Assembly: GCA_036172245.1 (NCBI GenBank) | Contig: JAYWIR010000005.1 | Coordinates: forward strand, 3,720,001 to 3,784,000 | Direction: 5' to 3' | From: Raillietiella orientalis | Taxonomy: Eukaryota | Length of the DNA stretch: 64,000 nucleotides | Shown: piece after piece, positions 1 through 13,360 of the stretch | Position numbering within the stretch: the stretch's first letter is position 1 | Layout of the letters: the number at the start of each line of letters is the position of its first letter | Translations under genes and position numbers: made by a program | Notes under the pieces: model-generated | The model's database searches: none | What the model was told of the DNA's origin: nothing | What the model saw: the letters and a program-made list of their open reading frames with translations, nothing else

Positions 1-2269
1 AAAGAAGAAACATTAAGCGCCATACCAAGAAAAGACTTATACACTAAAAGCATTACATAATCAATGGTCTTAAAGTTACTCGGCAAGCACAGTGCTCCAA
101 AAGGCTTTGGTGAAAGCGGTTTTTCTGTCATGAAAATGCCTATCTTACGTGACTTTTTTGCACTGTGCTCTTCCTTGAATTGTACACTGAGGGAAGAGCT
201 AAGCGCAGGGCTGCCACTTTTGTGCTTGCACACTTCCTTTATTCTTGCATTGCAATGCAGCATGATGTGATTACCATTGTATCTTTTATTGATTCACTTT
301 TATTCTGGCTATGTTTTATTGGCATTTATTTTCATGTAAATCTCTTCAAGGTCACAATGGGAAAGGAACAAATTACTGAAAATTAGAAATAGAAAATTAG
401 ACAATAGTTCACCATACTATCTACCATGATCTCTTTGAATGGAGTTATGGTGAAAACACGGAGATCTGTCTGCTCCCTATTTTAGTATTTAAAATTATTA
501 AAATTCTTCCCATTGGTTGAAAAACACGAATAGGACTTTTTAAAATCTTACACACATGCGTATATGGAAAGACTAAAAGGAACTTTTTAAAAGGACTCTT
601 AAAAAGTTCAGCTCAGCCTGGTGTCGAAAAATTGAAGGCTGACCATAGGCTAAATTTTGTGGCATGACATTTTGATAACTTGACGATGCATTTGAAATTT
701 CCTATGAAAGTTTAGAGGAAAGTTTCAAATATTGTCTGCACAATAAATTGAAACAATTCCTTTTTTTGATATATGTAGCATGATACACAGTTACTGGATA
801 CCTCAAAATGCTTCGGATGTTTGCTTTGTTTTCTCATATAATCATAGCTTTAGAGCTTTGAAATTCTTTTTTTCGTAACTTTGTAAGCTGATAAGTAAAT
901 ATTGCTGTTGACTTTGATTCATCTAAACCATAAGAGGGATGACGATACAATCAACCATAAATAAGATAATAAAATTCATACTTATCTTTCTGTTTTTTTT
1001 CCCCTTCATGCTTGCTGTTAAAAATACATAGTTCTGTAAAAGAAAAAAAGAAATACTTTATGTAATCAGTTCCCAATATGATCTTTGATTTCACTGGAGA
1101 CTTTTGACTAAGTATGTAAAACGAAAAATTTTTGCTATAATACGTATTCTACCATTTGAATAATAGTTTGTTCTAAACTTATTAAAACCGTGCACTAACT
1201 CTGCTAACTTTTCAATTTTTCTTTACATTCAAATGAACTTGGATCTTTCTGATTTTCGTTCCCTTCCTAGATATGCATTCATCGGCAACCGCCATCATGC
1301 GTTGAAATGCACAACAGCAAGCTTTTTGACCATTTTTGACCATTCGTTTATCGAATTCGATGGATGCAGGGATTATCTGTGAAGGATTATTCATCCACTT
1401 GATTAGGAGCTATCCTGAGTTCATTTGTTTCGTCGTTTCTCTTGGGAACAGTGTCAGACCGTTATTTTCCACAGTTTCAAATAACCAAGGCGCCTAGATG
1501 AAATTTGTAATTACATGTTCGTATGAACTGTGCTAAGTGCATGCTTTACTTTGCAGAATTGGAACAGTTTCTAATTCATTGGAAATTGCATGCACTCAAA
1601 TGCTGACACAAAATCGCAGTTTGAGTCGTAATCCTGTTATCTATCAAACAAATGTTCGGCACACTACATATCTTGTTTACTTGGGAAGACTGGAATCTTT
1701 TTTTCTTTTTTTTCCTATTTAAGTACTTCAGAAACCAAGAGTATTACATTCTCTCGATATGAAACACCACATGTTTCCGCTTCAGAGTGGGTTCTACTTC
1801 CTGTGACAGCACCCAGATACGATTGTAGTTTGAACAGGACTGCAGAAATCCGCTGAATTTATGACACATCGCAGTGTAATGAGACTTATCTGAATAGAAT
1901 CGTGTTCACTTTTGCAAAAGAAGCCTTCTCTTTGGCAGCAGAACAGTACAGCGCAAGTGTAGGCGTGATATAATTTTCAGGTTTCCTTTAGAAATGCTGA
2001 ATTTATATTGTAGGCTGTCTCATAATAAAACAGGTTTATACAACAGTATAAAATATGTATAAAACAGGTGTTACCTTGGGATGCAGTTCTCCCGGTTTCA
2101 TAAACACCAAAGTCAGCATTTTGCAGATAAGACTGGACCTTATTTCTGAAAGGGAGGACTACAAAGTTGGAACTGTACCTGGAAGTCTTATGACCAGTGT
2201 AAGCGGTCTTCCCAGCCAGCGTGACATAGCAGCAATGGACTAGTCTTCTTGCACTGCAGGCTGCTCAAC

Positions 2270-5200
2270 ATTTTCCCTCACGGGTGGCGGGAACAACTGC
2301 TTGTAGGGCGGTGGACCCAACTGATGAGGTCAGTGTATGTCTCCCGAGTGTCGGATCGCACAGAGGATCATAAACTTGCGCATTACGTCTTTGTACAATC
2401 GAGAGTCTTTGTACAAACTCCCTAATAACTTGCTCATTGCAAGGACCCCAAGAGCCGAGGGATCTGGAGATGATTCTCCGAACAGGAGCATAAATTCCGG
2501 TGGAACACGATAATTCTTCATTCTGTGCTCTCTTGCTTTCCTCAGCACATCCAAGTGTGTTGCCGAACGGGTTGTTGGAAATCTTTTGGAGTTCGGTTTT
2601 CGTTACTTTCCTTCCAGCTTTTTTTTTTCCGGTTCGACGAGTGCTGAAGAACCGTGCCCTTCCTGGGGATGGGGGGGGGGGGACACGAAACTCTTTAACG
2701 CCGTCCACACCACCCGAGGATGGCATGTAACTCTTCAAGGTAGGGGTTATCCCGGGGGGGGATCATCTTATGAATCCAGAAAGGCTCCGGAGGAAGGAGT
2801 CCGCTCCTCCTACTCTCGAGAGGAAATCCCGAAGGAAACCCTCCACACCTCGGTTATCTCCGAAGGGAACCCTGAAAGGAAACTCTTCCTTATTTCCTCT
2901 GGAGGGACCATCCTGTTTGTGAGAGCCGCTCCTGATTTCTTATCCGAAAGAAGTCCGCAAGGGAACCAATCCTTGTTACTCCTCGGAAGAGAACCCCGGA
3001 GAAGCGCTCCCAATTTCTCTGAAGTGTCGCTCCCCGAAGAGAGCTGTGCGTTTCTGACACTCTGGAGGGGCAATTCCCCGAGAGGGGGGCCAACCAGCTC
3101 CACGGTATGCGATGGAGGGTCTCTCCCTCCCAAAGGAGGGGTTGGCTCCATTTCCACAATCGTAGGGGAATCCCCAAAAGAACCGGCTCCTTTATTCCTG
3201 GAAGTACTCCAGAGTGTCAACTTCCGATCCCGTCCAGTCAACGAGGGCAATCAGTTTCTGGCTACCAGTAATGCCGCACTCGAAGTCTATAAGACTTATA
3301 AGTTTAGTATGACGACTCTGGTAAGCTTAAACTGGACCTTTTTAAGGCTCCGGTTGTCACGTGAAGATTTTCGCATTTCTAGGTATGACTTCCCATTTTC
3401 CTGCAACCGCCTTCTTCATCCAGCAGACCTGTTGTCCTTCCATTCAGACGAGAGTGTCTCATGCAAGAACTGAAATTGCGCAGCAGCGCCACGTCTCAAG
3501 AGTGGCCGCGATGGAAGGATTTGTCTCTTCTGCCCCTCTTATTGGGAGTAGACTGAGGCGAGCAGAGTGAATGGACCGGTAGTCGAAGAACCCCAGCTAT
3601 TTGCCGGAAACAGGTGACTTGTGACGCCTTGTGAAGAGCAACCGCAGCTCGGGACTTTTCCACGATCGTCAAGTTTCTCGATCAGGGATCGCCACGCCGC
3701 ACTGCACTGGACAGCTCGGACGCTTGAGGAGAAACTCCTTCTCATAGAGTGATCGAATGTGATTCTCTCCAGCATCAGGAGTTGGTCCAGTTAATCATTC
3801 TTGATGTTCCCTGCTTGCCTGGAGAATTTGCCGGTGTCCTGCCTGGCATGTTCTTTCTAAGAGCCTCATTGTTCGGTGGCCATAATTCGTTTTCGTGACC
3901 ACTTTGCTAAGATTTGCAAGAACGAAGTCTACAATCCACTTATAGGAAGGACTCAGAGCATTGAAACAGCTGTCCACCAAGAATGTGCCCATCTAATCTG
4001 GCAAATTCATCAGAGATCTCTTTTTCCTTGTTCAGGTATCCGTTTGCAGAACCGCTGGGTAGATAGCGGCACTTCATCCAAGAGATGGATTCACTCTTTT
4101 TTCTGAAGAGTCTGACGCATCAAACTGGGGAAGAAGGAATTTCGGGGGACATCTAGCTTCTTTCAAGCGGATCGTTCAGAATTCTTTAATAAAGCTACGT
4201 TGGAGATTATGTGCTTCGTCCCAGGATTGGGTGGAAATGTTCACAATCCAAACGGTTTAAACAAGTACTGGTGCGCTTCCAGAAGATCCAAGAAAGAGAT
4301 GTTTATTGGAAGAATTTGGAAGACCATTGGAAGGGTACCTCTTGGAATAATGTGAAGAGTAGAGCAGAAAGCCACATTTCTTGGGGTTTAATTGTAGTTC
4401 AGACCGATGGCCAAGTTCGAGCATGGGGAGCATATTTTCAAATATGGCAGGAAGGTCGTCCGCATGTGTAGAAAGAACGTCCTCTCTTCAGGCTTCTTTT
4501 AACTTGCGGAGTAGAAGTTCGAATGCTATATCGAAAAGCAGGGAGTTCATTGGGAATCTATGCTTTACTCTTACAATGTTCAATGATCGAGTAGATGCAC
4601 CTTCGGTGTGCACAGCGACTGCAACATTCGAATGCAGATCTTGAATGATGCTGAGGAATGAACCCATGCTGATTTATTTCAGGTCACAGAATAGGATTTC
4701 ATGTGATACACTGCCGAAAACATTTGCAAGATGGAGAAAAGCGTCACACAGATCTTGCGATCGCCTTAGGAAGTCATCCAGACGGGATCGAAGAGCAAAA
4801 TTTTGTCCTATTACTCCGTCAGAAGGCATAAATACTTTCTGCTCCCCGAAAAGGATTTCATTCTTCATAATCCAATTACGAAGTCTGAGTGACAGGCATT
4901 TGGCATACAGCGTGTAAATGCAATCTCCGATGGATCTGAGCCTTCATTCTTGAACGGCAGGCGATTCTGAGGAAGATTTCGAGGGAAGCAAGGTGCGAGA
5001 GTGCTTCCGCCATACTGGAATCTTCCCAACGCGTGCACAAATGTTGAAGATAGGACTCAAAATGGTGTCGCAAGGGCTCACACTCCACCGTCCATTATAT
5101 CGCCAGTCCCTGGAGATGAATTTCCTGCTCCTGACTTCAGGACAACCTTCACTCCCTCTCAAGTAAACGCGCGAAGCTTATAGGCGGTGGCGACTGACTT
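2270..5200 (-). mobile_element. Degraded Utopia/NeSL-type (RT + REL endonuclease) non-LTR retrotransposon, 5'-truncated and interrupted by a GC-rich repeat at ~2690-3250
   Basis: Frameshifted minus-strand motifs occur in the expected order: NSSPG/ILSPIFNICARVGKIP (RT start), EQKVFMPSDGV..DLCDAFLHLANVFGSVSH (RT), VDSCFNAL (post-RT), IHSARLSLLPIRG (pre-zinc knuckle), SLGSWGPCN and YKDVMRKFMILCAIRHSGDIH (REL C-terminus typical of Utopia). Confidence 0.75.
2690..3250 (-). repeat. GC-rich dispersed repeat, copy 1
   Basis: Nucleotide similarity to 20580-20985, 22697-23142 and 63900-64000. The shared end motif is ggattcata..c(c/t)tgaagagttacatg..ctcgggtgg..ggacggc. Confidence 0.7.
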
Positions 5201-7274
5201 CTTCCAATGTCCAATACTAGAGCTCATCGACTGCAAATGTTTTTTGTAACACCTTAGAAAAAGCACTCCTCTATCCTGGCTATGTTTTTCACCAATTCCA
5301 TAATTATTTGCGTTTACGATAATGGTTTAAGACGCCGTGGCAATTTGAATTTCCCAAATTAACTGGAAAACAAAACAGCGAAGTGACAAGTGCTCTGCAT
5401 ATCGTTCAAACGATGGAGTAAACGGAGGACGTCTACTTGTAAGAAACGTTTGCCTGAAAAACAAATGAGAAAAAATAGCACTACATGAAGAATCGTTAAA
5501 ATATTGCTTGATCACCTTCCAATTCAACAACTGTTATCTAAAAATTATTTAGCCACATGACCTTTGAGGGAATTGAATTATCTTTGAATGAGCCCAATGT
5601 GTTTACTAGATTGGAAAGATATGAATAAGCAATTTTGGTAGAAAATAAATTTTTAACTGCCGGCCATTATACTCTCTTTGGAAAAGAAGTAAGGAGGATC
5701 ATGAGCGCAAATGCGGGGACTCGACTACCTCATCCCGTATTCTTGATTCAGATTTCTGGAAGCACCTAAAAGTTTTATGTTCATCTTATAATATTCATAA
5801 TAAAATTCAAGCTCTTGTGAAACTATTTGGAGCAAACTCACGTACTAATAATCTTGTGAGGTGTTGATATGACTATCAACACCTCGACCTCCTTTACAGA
5901 AGAATGTTGTACTGTCCCAATGTGCAGATTCATCTACAAGCTCTGAAGAGGTTCAGCTAACGATACAGCAAGCTTGCTTTTAAAATAAGGATACTACGAA
6001 TTGCACATTATATTTTCGTTTGAAACTTTGTATCTCATCATTTCACCAATTTTCTTTCATAAATAATATTTATACCTTCTCCTTGGAGGATTTTTTTGCT
6101 TTACTGGTGCGTCTGATATATCCTTCCCCTCGGCTATAAAAAAACGGAAGATCTTTGAAATTCCGAGCTTCGCTTGAGATTCCTGAGATTTCTTTTTTTC
6201 TCTTTTATTTTAAGCTGGAAATTCTCTCCCACTTGAAAAGGACCATTAATGCCATTCGCGAAACGAAGAGTTGCTTTCATTTTGGTGCTGTTGGATATGT
6301 TTTTCTAGACCGAATTCCGGTTTTCTTTTGTGCCTCTGTTTTGCAGAATTTTGAAAAACAAAAACAAAGCAAAAACAAGGAAATGACGACCGATTCGTTC
6401 GGAATGATGACAAATTACGACAGACACGCAAAGAGGAACGGTTTTCGAATGTCCTTGTGCAGACGTGTTCCCTTCCCAGACGAAAACCCGGAAGTTTCTA
6501 AGGAAAATAACAAGCACGCATTTTACACGTGTGATTAATCGTGTAATTAACAGCATACCACCGTGTGTGGATGCACACACGGTGGTATATGAAATCCGTT
6601 TTCGCTTCCGAAGTGTCACACTGCGAGCACACAAAGACAAACGACGATCGTTTCCATTTCAGAGTGGAGACTTCGAACACGCGACAGCTCAGCTGCGAGT
6701 GTTTTGAAATGCGTGCACTCGTACAACTCCCTCACGTCCACTCCCCTCATTGCTTGCCCAAGTACCGTACCACTATTCCACGCGCGGTGTACCGGAAGCA
6801 GAGTCCTAAGCAGAGGTTGGTTGTTCATTCTCTCCCCCCCCCTCCCCCACCCTTCCTGTTCAAAGTAACAGGGAACACAGAAGCCAGTCCTTTCCCAGAC
6901 TCAGGGCAGAGACGAGAAAAAAAGTCGAAAAGGGAAATTCAAATGTCTGTACGGTTTTCCAGCCAACCATGACAAAGGTCTTCTACAGAAGTGGAACACG
7001 TTTATTGCATGTACGAAATTTTGCCTGCCTGGAATTTCATTTTGTACCGCTGAACATAAAAATGAAGCATCATGAAAACAGGAACTAATTAGCGGGGAAA
7101 GTTAAAAATTTACATGGACATCCCCGGGTCATGCTTCGGAGATTTGGAAACTGTGGAATGCTACCGAACTGGTGTTTTTTTTTAGCTCCATAAGAACATT
7201 GACGACATCACTGCGTTTTGCCGGAGGCGATGAGAAGAGATGCACAGAAGTAAAATTCCTCCGCAGCAGTGAAA

Positions 7275-8910
7275 ATGTCGTTCGTGAAGGTGCCTGAAGA
7301 TTCTCATTTTCCAATCCAAAATTTGCCTTATGGCATTTTTTCTACCAAGGATAAGGTAAGTTGCTGCCCAGAGATGTATTGTGCAAATGAATAAGTCCAC
7401 TACAAAACTGAATGACTTGTCAAGTGTGCCTTATGAACTTGAAATTCGAAATCAGGTACTTTATTTCAGCCCCAAGCACGTATTGGAGTTGCAATCGGAG
7501 ATTGGGTCCTTGATATCAATGAAATTAAGGAGCTTTTCAAAGGGCCATACTTAGAAAATAGGCAGTATGTGTTTGAACAGGTATAAACCGGTGTAATTTC
7601 AGTAAATTATGTATATTATGTATAGCCCACGCTGAATGCATTTATGGGATTGGGAAAAGAGGCACGGAGAGAGGCCAGGCAAACTCTCCAGGAATTGCTT
7701 TCTCCAGATAATTCCATATTACATGACTGTTATAAGAGAAATGAGTAAGTTGTTTGGCAAAAATTATCAGTTTTTGTTGTCCAGGATTCTGATACCCCAG
7801 AGCCAGGTACAAATGCATTTGCCAGCATCCATTGGTGATTATACTGATTTTTATTCATCACTGGAGCATGCCACAAATGTAGGCACAATGTTTCGAGGAA
7901 AAGAGAATGCTCTAATGCCAAATTGGTATTTTGAATTATCTTCTTGACGTGATTTTCTAGTAAATGCTCAGGAAATATCTGCCTGTTGGTTACCATGGAA
8001 GAGCTTCCTCCATAGTGATATCAGGTACTCCTATACGACGTCCAGTAGGGCAAATTTGTCCTGATGAAACAAAACCCCCAATCTTTGGTCCTTGCAAGTT
8101 GTTTGACTTTGAATTAGAATTGGCATGGTTTGTGGGTCCTGGAAATTGCCTAGGTCAACCCATTTCTGTTACACATGCAGAGGATCACCTGTTTGGAACA
8201 GTACTGATGAATGATTGGAGTGGTAAGATAAATGCAGCTGCTGGTTCAGTGCCTTTATGAAGTGTTTCAGCAAGAGATATCCAGAAATGGGAATATGTTC
8301 CTTTAGGACCATTTTTGGCTAAAAATTTGGGTACTTCCATTTCTTCATGGGTAGTGACATTGGAAGCATTGCAACCTTTCATAGTTGAAAATCCCATACA
8401 AGATCCTGCCCCCTTTTCCTATTTAAGTCACAATGATCCTTTTACTTTTGACATACATCTGGAAGTAACTCTACAATGTAAGTTATATGAACTTAGAACT
8501 CGATGTTTACAATGTTGCAGCTGAGAAGAGCAGCTCCCCTACTGTCATTAGTAGAAGCAATGCAAAACATCTTTATTGGACAATCAAACAACAAATAGCA
8601 CATCACACAGTGACTGGCTGTAACTTGTGTCCTGGAGATCTGCTTGCATCAGGCACCATCAGTGGTCAAGAACCAGATTCTTTGGGTTCCATGTTGGAAC
8701 TCAGCTGGAAAGGAACACGTCCACTGACTTTGTCTGATGGAACAAAACGTACTTTTCTTCAAGATGGGGATGAACTTATTCTTTCAGGTGAGTATCAATG
8801 AGGTAAAAATCTCTGTACATGTGGATCTTTCAGGTTACTGCCAAGGACCTGGATATAAAGTGGGATTTGGTTGCTGTAAAGGGAAAGTTTTACCTTCTCA
8901 TTCATTCTAA
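7275..8910 (+). CDS. FAH: Fumarylacetoacetase
   Basis: Exons 7275-7355, 7470-7580, 7626-7744, 7785-7925, 7972-8222, 8271-8477, 8521-8787, 8834-8910, all GT-AG and in frame. Motifs: [89 protein letters not shown] follows the stop. Confidence 0.97.
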
Positions 8911-11473
8911 TATTATTATAAAGGAATAAATATCACGTAAATCATGCAGTTCTATATGCTGCTTTCTTTGTTGATATACTGAACAGTTTAATCATGTAAT
9001 CCAGCTGTGTAAGAGAGTACATTAGCAAAGCATTCAATGTATCAGCTTATCATAGTTAAGGATCCAGTTAAAACTCAAGGATATTTATGTAAAACAGTTA
9101 AACAGTAAATTTATGTCAGGGATGTTTTGTTTATGTAACCTCTACAATGAGTATGAATCATAAGATTTTAAAATGATTGCCAAACTTTATTGAAAACGAT
9201 GATTCTGTTTTATGCAGCATATTCATGTATGCTTAAGATTTTTAGATTTTCATTCACTTGCCTGAGACATTTTTTTTGTAAGATGTGCATCAGACAAGCT
9301 AACTACATCCTAATGCTGGTCACATCTTTGCATGCTTGGCATTCCATAATTTCCACAATGTATACATATAATGTATGATTAATTTTTCATAAGTAGCACT
9401 TCCTAAGCTTCTACAATTGTTTACTCACAACAGGACCAAACCTATTTCTGGCAAATTAGCACTTGTTCATGTTTTTGCAAGAACTTTATACACAAGGATT
9501 TTTTTTTTTTTTTTTACAATGGTAGTCTTCAACTTGTTCTCATGAAGTTTTCAATAACTAGAGAAGCTGCTGCCAAGAACATAAAATTTTATGGAATACT
9601 TTTGGAGCTGCAAAAAAAAAACACTACCAAAAATTTTTGTCATTATGCAGTTCCATAAATACATCACTTACAAAATCTGAATCGCAATGATACAGTGTGA
9701 ACCCAATGATTGTGCTTGAAGCATAGGTGGTAGGGATGCAGTTATGAAAACAAAAGAGGTTATGATTTCACTAATTAGCAATCGAAATGCATACAATTGT
9801 AATTTTTTCTTAAAAATATTGCAATAGCAGAATGAAGGGAGGGAAATTCCTTTTGATTTTTGTGTGAAAGAGCACAAGCAGGTTAGCAATGACTTCCTTA
9901 AACAGCACTTTCAGCATTGCTTTACCAGTGCAAAGGGTGTTTTTGTTTCTTCTGATTCTGACTGACAGTTTATGCACTACTGCTTGAATGTGTTGAATGA
10001 AACATTTCCCATCACTACTTTCAAGATAGTGTTGTTCGTTAATACTTCGGAGATGAGGATGGAAGAAAGCAATTCTCCATTGATTATGGTTATATGCTAA
10101 TGTTTCTAATATGAAACAGTTGACATAGATCACTCCTACAAATACGAACCTATTGTTCGAAAATCATGAAATTAATGCAGGTACATATACTTCAGTACGT
10201 GTGTTGTTGCTGTTCTTTCTAAGACTAAAATGGTTACTCTGTCAAAGCAGTGACTTGAGCTAAAAATCTGGGTAGGATTAGATCACGGAGAAAAGCATGC
10301 ATTATTCTGCTTCAATCCATTATCTCTAATAACAGCGACTTTGAGAACCATGCTGCTAATTTCTCTTACTAATAATTCACATAGGCAATATCACCAGATC
10401 ATCCATCTGTGTTTTGTCATTCTATCATATCCCCAGGAACACAGTAATACAAACTAACAACCTTATATTCCCCCGAATGTGATTTCACTCACAGTCAGCC
10501 TCATGGTCCGATAAACAGATGACAAAAATCGTGAAGATTTCCTATTTAGGCGCCTGGATTTTCCAGTTTGAAACTGAGATGCGATTTCTTCGTTCGAAGT
10601 CCTGCGGAAACTTCAAATCCCGCGGCTTGACGCACCTCCCTTGCATTCCGCGCAGAAAGCTCCGCAGTGCTAAATTACATTCCATAACCTACCCTACTTT
10701 TATCTTGGCACAATGTTGCTGCACATTACAAAGATCTCTAAATTGCACGATTCATGCACAAGAATCAACCTAACCAAAAAATGCACAAAATATGGTTACT
10801 ATAATCCAGAGGATAAAGATATTAGATATTCTAGTTACATTCACACGCATGCATCAACTTTAACCCCATGAAAGAATGAAAGAATGACATTTTCAGGATT
10901 TCCATTCTTGAAAATGAATTTAGCCCGGGAAATAATCTTTAGATTGCATACTCTTCTATCAGCAAATCATATTAAGAAACCCTTTCAAGATAATAAAACT
11001 ACATCCTGGATAGAACGGATTCTTTAAGTTACACACACTGGGGTGCAAAGTTTTTTTTGTTCATAATGTACATAAAATATATAAATCTGCCTATTATGAT
11101 ACTAAGAATATCCTGCTCAGAGTATCACGATGGAAAAAAGCTTGATCCCAATCAAAAAAGTTTTCAATTTCAGCATCACTATAATAAATGCTGACTATGT
11201 GGCGCGCTCATACAACTTGATACAGCTTCTCAAGTTGACCACTGCATCAAGCAAAGATCACGCATCACTACTGTTCAGAACCCAATAAATCTTCAATCTC
11301 CACAGCTAAAGCTTCTCAATTGCAAGCACATCACATTATAAGTTAACATTATCAGATTCTTTGTTTTTCTTAGATATAACTCAATTAGAGTAATCCACCA
11401 AAAAGTACCACATCAAAATGCAATTAGCCATATAGATTGCTGTCATGGACTTGCAAGTACACAGGAGTTCGTG

Positions 11474-11489
11474 GATACTACACTTTGAT
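11474..11489 (-). pseudogene. U2 snRNA fragment (branch-point pairing region)
   Basis: The reverse complement reads ATCAAAGTGTAGTATC, matching the remembered arthropod U2 sequence over 16 nt. The flanks do not match. Confidence 0.4.
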
Positions 11490-11899
11490 GCCGATATTAA
11501 AATATGGAAGGATTACTCACTATTTTTCCGACAATCATTCATTAAGAGAGCATTACTGATTTCTAATATCTGAAATCAGTCATCAGTATTTAATAAAAAG
11601 CAAAGTCGACATTTCTTAAATGGATGCTCATGCAACTACAAAACTGAAACGATTTAATAGAAAATTCAATAGGACAAAGAACAAAAGCACACGTATGCTC
11701 TACTGAACTTCTAGATCCAAGTAATGTTCAGAAACCATACAGTATAGCATTCCTCACCTCTCCTATTACTCACTAAAATCTCGAAAAAGTCTTACATTTA
11801 ACTTGAAAATATTCCATGTTGTATAAATAAGGTAACCTGTTCTTCTAGTGTATAGTTTCTTACTTTAGTACAGAGACTTTGCTTAGAAAACCATGCATG

Positions 11900-13360
11900 G
11901 ATTTAAATGACTGCGTACAAGCTAGTTCCAAAGTCAGATTTGCTGCCTAAATGATGGACTTTCTCTGCAACAGCTGGCAATTTCTTAAATATTTATTTCC
12001 GAAAGTGGATTCTTGATGCATCATGCCTATGCCAACACACGAAAAACTGTCCCTTCGAGTCAGGTTCTCCCCATCCAATCACATAGTTTGGGTCTGTCAT
12101 ATTCGACTAGTAAAAGTCGAAACCATGTGGAGAGAGTTTGGTCGGAAAATTCGAAACTCCACTCATCGAGAGGACAAGGGCTCATTTGGTGATGAAACTG
12201 ATGACTTCGTTAACCTAGGGGGAAGATATGCCCTCTAGTGTTGATCTGCTTCCTTCAAAATCGAAGCCGAGGTGATGTTCAGTGAGGAATTGTAATCAGA
12301 GTCCGAAAACAAAGAACCAGGTTTTGCTGAAATTCACTTCAAGCTGTTAAATATAATCTCTAACATAGGACAAAAACACAAAAAAAAGGCATCCCGAATG
12401 ACATCTGCCTAACTTAGTACTTGCAATCTGCTCAACTTCTGTATCTTATTACACATTACAGTCTACTCTTTAAAACCTGTTTGTTAGCCAACTGATGACC
12501 ATGGTCACCATATATACGGATGAGTAAGAACACATTTGCTTTAAATTTCTAGATAAATGCAAAAAGATAATTGGGAAGAATCAGTTTGCCCCCATTTTGT
12601 CGTTAGTTTTGTCTGCAAGCAGGCGAAGTTAAAGATGTACTTGCTCCAAGTCAAGTTATTTTTTAATCTGGGGATTCGACAGAGATAGTTAAAAGTCTGT
12701 TTTTGTCAGGAAAGGTTTCTTGTAAAATCCAAGCATCAGTATTTCAGCTATCTTACATGGTTCGATGATTTATCGAATCAAAGATTGTGATTTTTGTTTT
12801 CGCTTTCGATTTCACTGCTCTGATGGAAAGGTTTGAGCCATACAGAGTGAAGCCATCTACGGTTCTGCCACGTGTTACAATCATTGTATCATTCATCCTG
12901 GCATTTTTTTTTTTATATATTCCACTCACATCAACATCAGCTGATCATAATACAAAAAGACTTGTGCAGTCTTTCCACGGTTACATGGGTTTAAACGACG
13001 CTCTTTTCATGCAGTCATGGTTTCTAATGTTCATCTATTCTCCGGGTGATCGTTTGTGCGCAAAACAGTTCATCGGTTCCAGATTAGCAAGCTGATTCCT
13101 ACTTTATTTTACACGCCCATGACAGATGGTCTGGTTGGCAGGCATTCATAGAGGAGTTTGCTGACTCATGCCTTGTTACATTCTTGATTATTGAAAATCT
13201 GCAAGTATGGATGGAAACTGATGAGTCAGAAGAGTTCCTTGATTTGTCACAGACTACATTCAAGGACTTCAGGATGCTGAGGGCATGTTCTTCTAAGCCC
13301 ACAGTCTCTTCTCGTACTCCTTCAACAATCTTCAGCCGTTTTGAATAGTCGGAAAGCATT
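11900..13360 (-). mobile_element. Highly degraded APE-type LINE remnant (ORF1-like plus endonuclease motifs)
   Basis: SKRLKIVEGVREE resembles the ORF1 motif RRNNxIIxGVxE. Downstream fragments DAWILQET and GAYLPP resemble AP-endonuclease motifs. Many stop codons. Confidence 0.3.

Noticed and set aside
1212..1394. Faint mariner/Tc1 transposase C-terminus resemblance (AFQ..ECISRKG)
   Set aside because: Single weak motif; no DDE residues or TIRs seen.
2018..2040. Possible U2 junction (ATAAA-CCTGTTTTATTA, minus strand) at the end of the first Utopia-like remnant
   Set aside because: Too short and AT-rich to distinguish from chance.
2586..3473. 295-aa plus-strand ORF
   Set aside because: It spans a repeat insertion and the antisense strand of a LINE remnant, and is not conserved in the other repeat copies.
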